The notes: generated by a model not told the origin, from the letters alone. A stretch of 64,000 nt of DNA from Actinomycetota bacterium (GCA_023379935.1 JAMCPD010000017.1:2824-66823), one strand, 5' to 3'. Positions 9,466-20,100 are shown, numbered from the stretch's first letter. Program-made: numbers and translations.

Positions 9466-10269
9466 TTAGCCGCGGGCAGGTAACCATGTTCCGGTGCCAA
9501 TTGGAAAATCCCGTTTATTGAAGTTATGCGGTAATGACAAAAAAGATAGGACAGTTTCAATAAAAATATCGGGGTTTTCGATTAACCAGGCATGGCTTCC
9601 CCTGACTGTCTTGCCTTTATGTCCTATTGCTTGGCAGAGAGCATCAAATGATGCTTTGGATATGAGTTGATCCCTATCAGACCAAACCGGTAAGACTGGG
9701 AGTTTTCGCTGTTTCAGCTGTTTTATTTCAGCCGACAGGTCTGCCCTTCTAATCATGGTGGCCACTTTCCACATATCCAAAGGTCTGTATATCAAATTAG
9801 GCAGAGCATCCACCAAGATGTGCGGGAAAACACGAAACCAGTTGGTAGATAGGATTAAATCTGCTATTAAATTTTGACCCCAATTCCATAGTGGCCTTTC
9901 CGACATCCGTTGTGTAGCTTTACCGTTGCTGATCCAAACCGGACTGCCTATAGAGTTGATCAGTATTATAGCGGATACCCTTTCAGGAAATTTATGTGCC
10001 AGTTTTATTGCTATTCCTCCACCAAAAGAATGACCCAAAACTGTTACTTGATCTCCTCCTATCTTCATAGTCAAAAACTCCTCTACCCATTTAGCATACT
10101 CTTCAATAGACAACTTATTCACAGGCAAGCTGGGTGTTCGGGAAAAACCCGGTAAAGCGGGAGCATAAACCGTAAAACCAAGTGAAAGCAGCTGTTTTAT
10201 TGCCGGTCTATATGCATGGGGACCTAATCCCCATCCGTGTAAAAACAGCAATGGCTTATATTTTTGCAT
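9466..10269 (-). CDS. Alpha/beta-fold hydrolase
   Basis: 267 aa. Nucleophile elbow GHSFGG. N-terminal LFLHGWG oxyanion-region motif. Confidence 0.85.
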   Translation of the reverse strand: MQKYKPLLFLHGWGLGPHAYRPAIKQLLSLGFTVYAPALPGFSRTPSLPVNKLSIEEYAKWVEEFLTMKIGGDQVTVLGHSFGGGIAIKLAHKFPERVSAIILINSIGSPVWISNGKATQRMSERPLWNWGQNLIADLILSTNWFRVFPHILVDALPNLIYRPLDMWKVATMIRRADLSAEIKQLKQRKLPVLPVWSDRDQLISKASFDALCQAIGHKGKTVRGSHAWLIENPDIFIETVLSFLSLPHNFNKRDFPIGTGTWLPARG

Positions 10270-10377
10270 GTTGAAAAAGATACTACTTTTTTCTCAGCAT
10301 AAAAAGGTGGATATCAACAGAATATTTTCTTTTTGATGCGGATACTTGAGCGGCTTGTCTGCTATATACTATAGGCT

Positions 10378-11292
10378 ATGTCAAATACATCCAAAACTAA
10401 TCGGCAACCAAAACATAACTCAACCGGCGTAAAAATACCTTCTGCTAAACATTCTCCAGTAACTCGTTCGTATGGGACCATGTTGGCTTGGGGTGTGGTG
10501 GGGTTGGTGGTGTTGGTTATCGTGGTATTGGTTGTGGTAAAGATGACTCGCTCAACAACGCCGGTTCCAAGAGGTGTGACCTATGCGAGTCCCACTACGC
10601 TGCATGCTGTTACCCATGTGCCTGTTTCAGTGCTTGAAGCTGCCGGACTTGGCAACACGCCTGTTGTCACCCCTCCCAAGGTCATAAAGAACACACCCTT
10701 GCTCACCAAATCGGGGCTTCCAAGGATTGTCTACATTGGTGCCGATTACTGCCCTTACTGTGCCGCTCAAAGGTGGGCGTTTATAGTTGCTCTTAGTCAG
10801 TTTGGTAGCTTTTCCAAGTTGGTTGACATGACATCTTCAACTTCGGATGTATTTGGGGGAACCTCAACATTTAGTTTTTACGGTTCTGTGTATTCAAGTC
10901 CTTATATAACGTTTACACCCGTGGAAACCAATACCAATACGCAAGTAAATGGGAGTTATCCTACTTTACAGACACCCACTAAAACCGAAAATGATTTGAT
11001 TACAAAGTATGATGCCCCTCCTTATGTATCTTCCGCTTCATCAGGTGGTATCCCATTTATTGATATTGCAAACAAGTTTGTTATGTCAGGTGCACAATAC
11101 ACTCCGGGCGCGCTGTCGGGTATGTCCAGAGGGACAATAGCCGGCAGCCTTTCTCTTTCCACGACTCCTCCCGGTTCTTATATTGATGCTTCCGCCAACT
11201 GGCTCATAGCAGCCATCTGTACCGTAACTTCAAATACGCCGGCCAAAGTTTGTTCCAGGCCCGTTATCAAAGCTGCTGAGAAAAGGCTGTAA
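10378..11292 (+). CDS. Membrane-anchored DUF929-like protein with thioredoxin-like CPYC motif
   Basis: 304 aa. One N-terminal TM helix (LAWGVVGLVVLVIVVLVVV), then YIGADYCPYCAAQRWAFIVALSQFGSF, which I recognise as the DUF929 core. Confidence 0.8.
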   Translation: MSNTSKTNRQPKHNSTGVKIPSAKHSPVTRSYGTMLAWGVVGLVVLVIVVLVVVKMTRSTTPVPRGVTYASPTTLHAVTHVPVSVLEAAGLGNTPVVTPPKVIKNTPLLTKSGLPRIVYIGADYCPYCAAQRWAFIVALSQFGSFSKLVDMTSSTSDVFGGTSTFSFYGSVYSSPYITFTPVETNTNTQVNGSYPTLQTPTKTENDLITKYDAPPYVSSASSGGIPFIDIANKFVMSGAQYTPGALSGMSRGTIAGSLSLSTTPPGSYIDASANWLIAAICTVTSNTPAKVCSRPVIKAAEKRL

Positions 11293-11482
11293 ACCGGCTC
11301 CGACCAAGCCTGCTCCGCAGGCCACTATGTGCTTTACACCCAAGTCGTTGATACCCGTAAGTCAGAGGTGGCCTTATATATGAATAAGTTCAAGATTTCG
11401 GCTGGAAAGCAGATCTCCTCTCTAAGAACCGCGAACGCTTGGGGATTTTTGAGGTTAGTGAGATATTTGTTGGTACTACAGC

Positions 11483-12088
11483 TTACGGTTCAACCGATTC
11501 TGCCAATGTGTGTGGCCCAGTAACATCCCTGTCTTTCTTTTCCGTATCTTCGTCGTATGTTTGTTCAAAGCCCTGTTCCGGTTCAAAGCCCTGTCCCAAT
11601 GACCAGCGGGTTGTCGATACTACGGTTATCAGCAGTAGGAAGGTTGTCACATGCACCGATGTACACCAAAGGCAGATCTTTTGGATCTGATACAGTTCTA
11701 AGTATATGAGATAGATAACAAAGCTGATTGCCACGAGGATTCCTCCGAAGCGAAAATATCCGATCCAGATACCTGCGCGCTTGCCAAGATTACCCAATCC
11801 GGCCGATGCGTACCATGCCCACGGAAGAAAGACAAGGAACATGATTGAGTGCCAGATATCACCGTATACCGCAATGGGGATGCCAAACAAGATCGATTGC
11901 GGGCTCGTTATCACAGCCTGACAATCGATTGCCCCTTTGTTTGGACAGACGAGTGGGATACCGCTTGCATAGTGAACGATGGTTAGATAAATAGATATGC
12001 TAAGGCCGATTAGGCTTAAAATGCTCGATACCGGCACTTGCCAAGGTATACCGTTTGGCCAAGAATGCCGAGCCTTTCCTTGGGTCAT
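11483..12088 (-). CDS. Vitamin K epoxide reductase (VKOR) family protein
   Basis: 201 aa with 4-5 TM helices. Loop cysteines (VCPNKGAIDCQ) and the active-site CLWC in a TM helix. Confidence 0.85.
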   Translation of the reverse strand: MTQGKARHSWPNGIPWQVPVSSILSLIGLSISIYLTIVHYASGIPLVCPNKGAIDCQAVITSPQSILFGIPIAVYGDIWHSIMFLVFLPWAWYASAGLGNLGKRAGIWIGYFRFGGILVAISFVIYLIYLELYQIQKICLWCTSVHVTTFLLLITVVSTTRWSLGQGFEPEQGFEQTYDEDTEKKDRDVTGPHTLAESVEP

Positions 12089-12203
12089 ATAGCTATATCA
12101 ACTTTGGATTTGCCCATAAAAGCACACACAAGTTATCATATTACTTTTACAACCGTAATTATACAAGCCGACCGTTACAAAGACACTTATCTTGCGGTTG
12201 TGA

Positions 12204-13301
12204 ATGCTAATATGGAAACGTGATCAAGGTAGTAAAAATAGAATCAGCAGTTGCGTGAAAAAGATCGACTTTTTCACGCAAAGTAAGGTGTTGATAGTTG
12301 CCGGCAAGGGTGGTGTAGGTAAAACTACGGTATCAGCTGTTCTGGCGTATGCGGTAGCTATGGAATCTAAGAAAGCTTTGTTGGTTGAAGTGGAGCCCAA
12401 GGATGACTTACTTGATATCTTTGAACTGAATACTGCTGTTCACAGTTTCGGCGATACAACTACACTAGAGGACAAGGGCACCAAGCATGACAGTGCCGCT
12501 TTGGGTTATGAAGAAACATTACTGGCCCTATTACCGCATGGCGGGCAGGTTGTAGGACGTGTTTTAACTGCGGATGACGCTCTGGTCGAGTATTTAGCCA
12601 ATCACGGGCTTAAAAAAGTAATAAAAAAACTGCTAGCTTCAGGTGTATTGGATGTAGTTGCTACAGCTATACCCGGAATTCGCGACATACTGGTTTTAGG
12701 CAAAATAAAACAGTTGGAAAGAGTGCAAGCTGCTGATTCTGCCGGCTTGATTGTTGTGGATGCGCCCGGAACTGGCCATGTAATGACTTTTTTGAGCAGT
12801 TCGAGTGGTTTGTTGGATGCCGCAAGGGGTGGCCCCATAAGGGTTCAGGCTCAAGAAGTAGTTGATATGTTGGATGATCCGGCGCGTTGTCAAGTCATTT
12901 TGGTAACTTTGCCGGAAGAAATGCCCATAAATGAAACTATTGAAGCCGCCTATTTCTTAGAGGAAAAAGTCGGTATTACTTTGGGTCCGGTAGTTGTAAA
13001 CTGTTTATACCCGGTCGTCAAGGGTTTAGAGCCTGATCCCGAGCAGACAGCCTTGGAGGTGCCAACACTCGCGACGGGAACATTGGCTGCTTTGAAAGAG
13101 GCTGCTGATTTTCGTCTGAAGCGGCAGAACTTGCAAGAAGAACAGCTTAAAAAACTTAGGGCGGAACTTCCCTTACCCCAGATACATCTTCCCCAACTGT
13201 TTACCCGGGAGATAGCCTTAAAAGAGATTGAGTTCCTTGGCGCAGTTTTTAGAGATCAAATAACGCACTTGTCTTACGACTTTGCCGACAAGTTGGTATG
13301 A
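12204..13301 (+). CDS. ArsA/Get3-like P-loop ATPase, first of a pair
   Basis: 365 aa. Deviant Walker A AGKGGVGKTTVSA. DAPGTGH switch region. The true start may be internal (e.g. GTG at 12255). Confidence 0.8.
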   Translation: MLIWKRDQGSKNRISSCVKKIDFFTQSKVLIVAGKGGVGKTTVSAVLAYAVAMESKKALLVEVEPKDDLLDIFELNTAVHSFGDTTTLEDKGTKHDSAALGYEETLLALLPHGGQVVGRVLTADDALVEYLANHGLKKVIKKLLASGVLDVVATAIPGIRDILVLGKIKQLERVQAADSAGLIVVDAPGTGHVMTFLSSSSGLLDAARGGPIRVQAQEVVDMLDDPARCQVILVTLPEEMPINETIEAAYFLEEKVGITLGPVVVNCLYPVVKGLEPDPEQTALEVPTLATGTLAALKEAADFRLKRQNLQEEQLKKLRAELPLPQIHLPQLFTREIALKEIEFLGAVFRDQITHLSYDFADKLV

Positions 13302-13320
13302 GTTTGTCTGTTGGATTTAG

Positions 13321-14403
13321 ATGAAAACCTTATTAAACAGTTCAAAAGTTATTATATGTTGTGGTCCCGGTGGTGTAGGTAAAACCACCATTGCAGCTGC
13401 CATCGGTCTCCAGGCTGCCAAAAATGGCAGAAAAGTTTGTGTAGTGACTATAGACCCGGCGCGTAGATTAGCCGATTCTCTCGGTGTGGATCATCTGAAC
13501 AATACACCGAGAGTTATTGAAGGCCCGTGGGACGGTGAGCTGTGGGCAATGATGCTGGACTCCAAGGGGACCTTTGACGAGTTGGTCAAACAGTACGCCG
13601 CTAATGATGAACAAGTACAACGTATACTGACAAATCGCATCTATCACAATCTTTCTACCGCTTTGTCGGCAACTCAGGAGTATATGGCCGCTGAAAAGTT
13701 GTATGAGATCTATTCAAAATCCGAATTCGACTTGATAGTTGTGGATACACCTCCAACACGTAATGCCTTAGACTTTTTGGAAGCCCCAGGTCGGCTAACC
13801 CGTTTTTTGGAAAATAGATTTTTTAGACTGATTTTAATGCCCACAAGAGCATATTTAAAGGCATTCAACGTAGCCACCAGAACCTTTTTGCATACTGTTG
13901 CCAAAGTAGCCGGTTCCGAGGTAGTGTCAGATGCCTTGGCTTTTTTCCAGGTTTTTGAGGGCATGGAAGAAGGCTTTATCAACAGGGCAAAACAGGTACA
14001 ACTACTTTTAAGCTCTGATGCCGTCGGGTTTGTGGTGGTAACTACCGCTAAACGTGATGCCACAACAGAAGCTGCATATTTCATAGGAAAACTCGGACAT
14101 TACAACATAAAAGCAAGTGCTTTGGTTATAAACCGTATTTACCCCTCGTTTTTGAAAGACAAGAAAGCCTTGATGAATTTAAAAAGTTTTCAGCGGGACC
14201 ATGAAGAACAGCAAAATCGCAAAACAAAACTGTTGATATCCAACCTATGTGACCTTATGACAATATCTGAAAGTGAGAATGCCATTATATCCAAGCTGGT
14301 CGATAAGATATCTATTTCGCAAGTGTATAAGGTGCCGTTGATGGATATTGATATCCATGATCTGGACGGTCTCAGTTATATCGGTAACGCCTTAAACACA
14401 TAA
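13321..14403 (+). CDS. ArsA/Get3-like P-loop ATPase, second of a pair
   Basis: 360 aa. CGPGGVGKTTIAAA, TIDPARRLADSLG and VVDTPPT motifs. Confidence 0.85.
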   Translation: MKTLLNSSKVIICCGPGGVGKTTIAAAIGLQAAKNGRKVCVVTIDPARRLADSLGVDHLNNTPRVIEGPWDGELWAMMLDSKGTFDELVKQYAANDEQVQRILTNRIYHNLSTALSATQEYMAAEKLYEIYSKSEFDLIVVDTPPTRNALDFLEAPGRLTRFLENRFFRLILMPTRAYLKAFNVATRTFLHTVAKVAGSEVVSDALAFFQVFEGMEEGFINRAKQVQLLLSSDAVGFVVVTTAKRDATTEAAYFIGKLGHYNIKASALVINRIYPSFLKDKKALMNLKSFQRDHEEQQNRKTKLLISNLCDLMTISESENAIISKLVDKISISQVYKVPLMDIDIHDLDGLSYIGNALNT

Positions 14404-14424
14404 ACGGCTATACTTACCGACTTT

Positions 14425-15018
14425 TTAATGAGGATTTTCCCGTTCGGGTATGATAAGTTTGTGTATATCAGGCAAATTCCGGTATTTTTGTCCGATATCC
14501 AATCCGTATCCCACCACAAAATTGTCGGGTATTTCAAAGCCTATATATCGTATGTTGATTTTAGTTCTTTGTTTTTCCTCCTTTACGAGCAGTGAACATA
14601 TTTCAAGACTTCTAGGAGAACGGGAAAGAAGATTACGCTTTAAATAAGACAAGGTCAATCCGCTGTCTACTATATCTTCCACTATTAAAACATCACGGTC
14701 GGTCAAGTCCGAATCAAGGTCTTTGACTATCCTCACCACTCCGCTGGTCTTTGTTGTACTGCCATAGGATGATATAGCTATGAAGTCAATTTCTGTTATT
14801 AAATCAATCGACCGCATCAAGTCGCTTGCAAATATAGAAGCACCCTTTAAGATTGCCACAAGCAGCAGTTCATGGTTTTGGTAGTCCTTGGTTATTTGCT
14901 GGCCCAACTCTTTAACCTTAGAAGCGATAGTTTCCGCAGAGAGCATTATAGGTCCTAATAAATCCTCAGTTGATCTTGGTGCGTCTCGTGTCATGATTAT
15001 CCTGTCGCAGTTAATCAA
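14425..15018 (-). CDS. hpt: Hypoxanthine-guanine phosphoribosyltransferase
   Basis: 197 aa. PRPP loop VLIVEDIVDSGLTL, and FVVGYGLD. An alternative start at ATG 14994 would remove the 8-nt overlap with tilS. Confidence 0.95.
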   Translation of the reverse strand: MINCDRIIMTRDAPRSTEDLLGPIMLSAETIASKVKELGQQITKDYQNHELLLVAILKGASIFASDLMRSIDLITEIDFIAISSYGSTTKTSGVVRIVKDLDSDLTDRDVLIVEDIVDSGLTLSYLKRNLLSRSPRSLEICSLLVKEEKQRTKINIRYIGFEIPDNFVVGYGLDIGQKYRNLPDIHKLIIPERENPH

Positions 15019-15946
15019 CCGGGCTGGTTTGGGTAGACTGTTTTATATACAGTTTACCTTTTGAACGCACTACGCTTATTCCGGTTACCACCTCACAAGC
15101 TTTAGCTTTTCCTTTGGCTACATCCACTATACGTTGCACACAAGCGTAGCTGGGAGGAAGTCCCAACATAGGTTTGAGCCATTGTCTTATTGCCCGCCGG
15201 GACAAAACATCAGAAGAGGCAGACAACGCCACAGAGTCACTTGGATCTAAACTTTCCGCAAGCAAGTTCAACAAGTCAGCTTCTTCTCCCATTATGTCGG
15301 CTGTACGAGCCAGTATAGGTACTATATCTCTGTTTGCCAGCTCACAAAGGTAGGGAATCAACTGGTTACGTATGCGATTGCGTAAGTAGGACAGATCAAA
15401 GTTGCTGGGATCCACTACAGGTTTGAGTTGTAAAGCTTTGCATAAGGCCTGTGTTTGGTGACGCCGTATTTTAAGTAGCGGATGTTTCGCGCCAAGCCTC
15501 ATTGCAGACAGTCCATCAAGTCCAGATCCGCGCAAGAGATTAATCAACACAGTTTCCGCCTGATCATCCATGGTGTGTCCAGTTGCGGTGTCAGGAGGTA
15601 AAACCGATAGGCGCGCTTGTCTTGCGCGTGCTTCTAAATTAGGTCCCATGTCCACCTTGACTTGTTGTGATATAAAGTCTGCCCCAAACTGCTCCGCTGC
15701 TTGTTGGACCACCAGTGCTTCTTGTGCAGAATCTTGACGAAGTCCATGGTCAACATGGATAGCTGTTACTTTGCAACCTCGCCACAGCCCAAGCAACATC
15801 AAAGTAAGCGAATCCGCACCGCCTGATACAGCACATACAAGCTGTTCTCCTGCTTTAGGCAACCTGGCAAGGCTGTCCATTTCTTCAAGCAAACGAACAG
15901 CTTGGCTGGAAACAGTTTGGTTAGGACAAAACAGCCCGGTTGCCAT
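15011..15946 (-). CDS. tilS: tRNA(Ile)-lysidine synthetase
   Basis: PP-loop VSGGADS. The ORF is open to 16060, but that would overlap the upstream gene by 140 nt, so I place the start at ATG 15946 (MATGLF...). 15880 is also possible. Confidence 0.85.
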   Translation of the reverse strand: MATGLFCPNQTVSSQAVRLLEEMDSLARLPKAGEQLVCAVSGGADSLTLMLLGLWRGCKVTAIHVDHGLRQDSAQEALVVQQAAEQFGADFISQQVKVDMGPNLEARARQARLSVLPPDTATGHTMDDQAETVLINLLRGSGLDGLSAMRLGAKHPLLKIRRHQTQALCKALQLKPVVDPSNFDLSYLRNRIRNQLIPYLCELANRDIVPILARTADIMGEEADLLNLLAESLDPSDSVALSASSDVLSRRAIRQWLKPMLGLPPSYACVQRIVDVAKGKAKACEVVTGISVVRSKGKLYIKQSTQTSPVD

Positions 15947-17018
15947 TGTTAACTCGTGCGACCCACGCAGACGGGTCATATATATCCTCCAGTGTTGGCA
16001 ACCACTCCGGACCTTGCCAAATTTGATCCAGTAAACCCCGACCGCCTGTTTCAAGTACATAGTTTACAAAATGTTCCCCTTGCGCATATTGGCGCATTTT
16101 CGCTTCCAAACCCACCAACTGTAACAAGATCCTGGTTATTCCCGAAGCTTGGTTGCGTCTTTGTTTCAAAACATCGCTAAAATGTTGAGCCTCGGGTATA
16201 TGTTGCTTAGCTGCATGGTCCATGACTACATCTCCATGTCCTTCCAACAATGTCATTACAGCCTGCATCTTACGTAGGACAGACAACTGCTCCCGGTTGG
16301 ATACGAGTCCCAATATCCCAAGTTCACCCAGGGGATTTTTTCCTGAACGCACTTGATCAATCAAATGTTTTGTCGACTCTTTGAAATCATAGCTGGTTGG
16401 TTGTATGGCAGTAAATGTTTGGTTTAGCAATGACAGCAGGTAGTCTTTCAACCAAGGGACCCCTTCAAACTGCAAGCTGTGTGTTACTTCGTGTAAAGCT
16501 ATCCACAAGCGAAACTGACGAGGAGGGAAGTTATACTGAGTTTCAAGCTGTATGATATTAGGTCCGACAAAGTATACGTAACCGTTTTCCTGCTTGTCCA
16601 ACATCAAAAGGTCATATTGACCCAGGACCCGTGATGACATCCAGCCTAATATGGTGCCCAGTTGGGCCCCCGCTATGGCTCTGCCGGGCCTTGCCAGCGG
16701 TTCGGGTAGTTTTGGCAGATCAAGACCGGCAATTAAAGGTTGAAACAGGTGTTGAAAAGAGGTTATGTTTAAACGTACCCACTCCAGTCTGTCTACGATC
16801 ATTGCATTTAACTCTTCTGATGCCGGCTTTAGTCCCGTTGCATCTTCTACCAGACCTTTTGCCATTGGTACCAGTTCTTTGAAGTCATCTTGCAGTGATT
16901 CGGACATCCAGCCGGAATGCTTCCAGAGCACCAGCGAGGCTATATTTTGAGCTATGTTCCATGAGACTGTTTGAGGACCTGCTTGACTGTTTGTTGCCGT
17001 TTGATCTGTTTTATCCAT
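15921..17018 (-). CDS. Zinc-dependent metalloprotease-like protein (DUF2342 / F420-biosynthesis-associated family)
   Basis: 365 aa. HEVTH zinc motif (ALHEVTHSLQF). Sits directly upstream of tilS-hpt, as in other actinobacteria. Confidence 0.8.
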   Translation of the reverse strand: MDKTDQTATNSQAGPQTVSWNIAQNIASLVLWKHSGWMSESLQDDFKELVPMAKGLVEDATGLKPASEELNAMIVDRLEWVRLNITSFQHLFQPLIAGLDLPKLPEPLARPGRAIAGAQLGTILGWMSSRVLGQYDLLMLDKQENGYVYFVGPNIIQLETQYNFPPRQFRLWIALHEVTHSLQFEGVPWLKDYLLSLLNQTFTAIQPTSYDFKESTKHLIDQVRSGKNPLGELGILGLVSNREQLSVLRKMQAVMTLLEGHGDVVMDHAAKQHIPEAQHFSDVLKQRRNQASGITRILLQLVGLEAKMRQYAQGEHFVNYVLETGGRGLLDQIWQGPEWLPTLEDIYDPSAWVARVNNGNRAVLS

Positions 17019-17192
17019 CAGTAACCACCTTAGTATTAACCGCCTTAGTGTGCATAAGTTTTTCAGTTAACATCCAGCCGTTATTCCTCTTAGGTTTTCA
17101 AGTAAGTATTACACACCTTATACTAAACTGAATGAAACTACTTTTTAGAATCAATTGAGAACTGTTTTGTAAAGACAAGGAGGTTTTAACTT

Positions 17193-20100
17193 ATGATAAA
17201 GAGAATTTTTTTTGGGCTTCTGATCCTGACAACTTTATTGACAGGAGTGCTGGCTGTTACCGGTTCATACGCCACTGCAACTGCTACTATCAGCGGAGCT
17301 ACTGCCGGCTGGTCAGCACCGAGTCCAATTCCAAATACACTTTCAGGTTCCAACGGTAGTCTGTCGACTTCTTACGGATTGTCCTGTGCGTCTCAGACCT
17401 TTTGTGTTTACGTTGAAGCCAATACCCCCCAAAGTCTTGTGTGGGATGGAACCACATGGAGGCTTCCGGCTACAAATGCCGCGCTGCAGTCGGTTGTTTG
17501 CGCAAGTACCACCTTTTGTATGGCAGGAGTTGAATTTGCCAATTCTGTTGTGGTGTTCAATGGTTCCACTTGGTCGGCTAAGACAACAATTCCAGTTACT
17601 CCAAACTCTATTTCGTGTGCATCATCCAGTTTTTGCGTTGCCGCTGCCAATGATGGTCAGGGTGATGTGTCAATTTATAACGGTTCAAGCTGGTCGCCGG
17701 CAACACCAATAGATCCGCCACCGTCTGGTTATGCAGTTTTAAATACACTTACATCGGTATCATGTCCCAGTTCGTCGTTTTGTGTTGCTGTAGATGTGGG
17801 TGGCAACGCTATTACCTATTCTTCGGGAACATGGTCAACTCCGCTATCTGTTGATGGCAGTAATACAATAAATTCAGTTTCTTGTGTAAGTGCCAGTTTT
17901 TGTGTTGCTGTTGATGATGTGGGTAATGAATTGACTTATACTTCCTCGGGATGGAGTGTCAGTTCAGTTGATACCAGTTCTATTGCTCAGGTGAGTTGTA
18001 CCTCCGTCTCCAGCTGTGTAGCGGTCGACGCGGCTGGAAATATACTAACGTTTAACGGATCAAGCTGGTCCAGCCAGCTCCTTGATAGTGCAGCTGGTTT
18101 AGCAATGGTGTCTTGTGTGACCGGTTTTTGTTTAGCGATTGACTTACATAACGACTTTCTTGCCAATCCGCTCCCCAGCTATCCCACTTTGTGGTCGGTT
18201 ACCAACTGGAGTTCGCCGGTTGCATTTCCGTCATATGATACTCAAGCAGCATCGTGTGTGTCAACGGGATCTACGGCTGGTTGTGATCAAATGGTTTCAT
18301 GCAGCTCTGACACCTTTTGCATGTTCGCAAATTATGGTTCTACATTTTATTATAACGGAAGCAACTGGTCTTCACCGATTCCCAACAATTTGCCAGGAGC
18401 AACGGACGCTATATCTTGTGCAAGCAGCGTCTTTTGTGTTGCAGTTGATAATTCAGGACATGGTGCTAGTTTTAACGGCACAGCTTGGACCTTATTTGCT
18501 TCTGTCGATGGATCTACTGTTATCAATACCGTCTCGTGCCCCAGTCCTGTTTTTTGTGTAGCGGGTGATGACAGTGGAGATGTGGTAGTCTTTAATGGCA
18601 CCTCATGGTCCGTCCCGAGTGCTGTATCGCCTGTTTCCATTACGTCGGTATCATGTCCCAGTTCATCGTTTTGCGCGTTAGCCAACACAAATGGTCAAGT
18701 TGTATTTTATAACTCAGGAAGTTGGTCGGCACCTGTAGATGTTGATACCACGGGCTCCCTATCAGGACTAATTGAGGTTTCATGTTCATCACTCTCCTTT
18801 TGTGTTGCGATTGATGATGCAGGAAATGAGTGGACTTACAATGGTATCAGCTTTCAACTCGGTAAACAGATTGCTCAAGAGTCAACTACAGGTATTTCAT
18901 GTGGCAGTTCTTCAATCTGTATGACAACTGCTTACTCGGGAAACGTTATCGGCTGGGATGGAACGTTATGGTCATATCCCACCAACATTGATCCAAGTTC
19001 AATTCCCGGATTACGCTCAATTTCATGTCCAATTGTCCAGTTTTGCATGGCGGTTGACGAGGCTGGCAATTACATAATCTATAATGCCACCTCAAATACC
19101 CCGACTCTTTCTTCCATCTTGCCAATTTCCGGTCCTGCCTCAGGCGGCACGACTGTGACCCTAACCGGTACCAACTTCTCCACAGCCACAACCGGCACAA
19201 CCGTTTCATTTGGATCAAATGCGGCAACATCTGTAACTTGTTCTTCTACGACCTCATGTACCGCAACCTCACCTTCTGGAACAGGAACAGTTTCTGTCAC
19301 AGTTACGACTTCTGATGGAACCTCAAATGCCCTAAGCTATACCTACACAACTTATAGTGGGTATAACTCCCTTGCTCCCTATAGAATATGTGACACCAGG
19401 TCACTTAGCGTAAAAGGTACTTTTCAAAACCAGTGCACCGGCAAGACTATTCTTCCAGGAGGATACTTGACCATACAGGTTGTGGGATATCAGGGAAATG
19501 CTGCTTCTGGCGCTTCAATAGTTCCAAATGGAGCTATGGCTGTAGTACTGAATGTGACAGAAGCTTCGTCTACATCTTCTGGATATCTAACCGTTTATCC
19601 CGCCGGAGCCACAAAACCTGCTTCTTCCAGTCTGAACTTCAATCAAACAACAGGAGCAATACCAAACCTTGTACAGGTATCTTTAGGTAATACCTCCGGC
19701 TGTAGTGGCTGTATAACCGTCTACAACTATAACGGTAATACGGATATAGCAATAGACGTAGAGGGATACTTTGGACCTGTATCTCAAAAAGGCCAAGGCA
19801 GCTTTGTTCCCCTAACCCCATATAGGATATGTGACACAAGGTCACAAACTCTGTCAAAGATAACAGATCAGTGCACCGGAAAAACTATTTCTGCAGGTCA
19901 AACTCTGTCAGTACAGGTATCGGGATATCAAGGGACTGCCGCTTCACCTTCTCAGGCTGTACCTCAAACCGGCGGGGCGGCTGTAGTACTAAACGTGACA
20001 GAAGCAGACTCGAATCAAGGCGGGTATCTAACCGTTTATCCTGCCGGTACTCCTCCTGTTGCATCAAACTTAAACTTTGCGGCCGGTGAGATAAGACCAA

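Noticed and set aside
11329-11690. Plus-strand ORFs 11329-11523 and 11439-11690
   Set aside because: They overlap the 3' half of the VKOR gene on the other strand. VKOR has its diagnostic Cys motifs, and these ORFs have none.
17386-18561. Alternative-frame ORFs (108 aa, 140 aa, etc.) inside the large repeat-protein gene
   Set aside because: They are frame-shifted readings of a repetitive gene. The main frame carries the signal peptide and a coherent repeat structure through 1142 codons.
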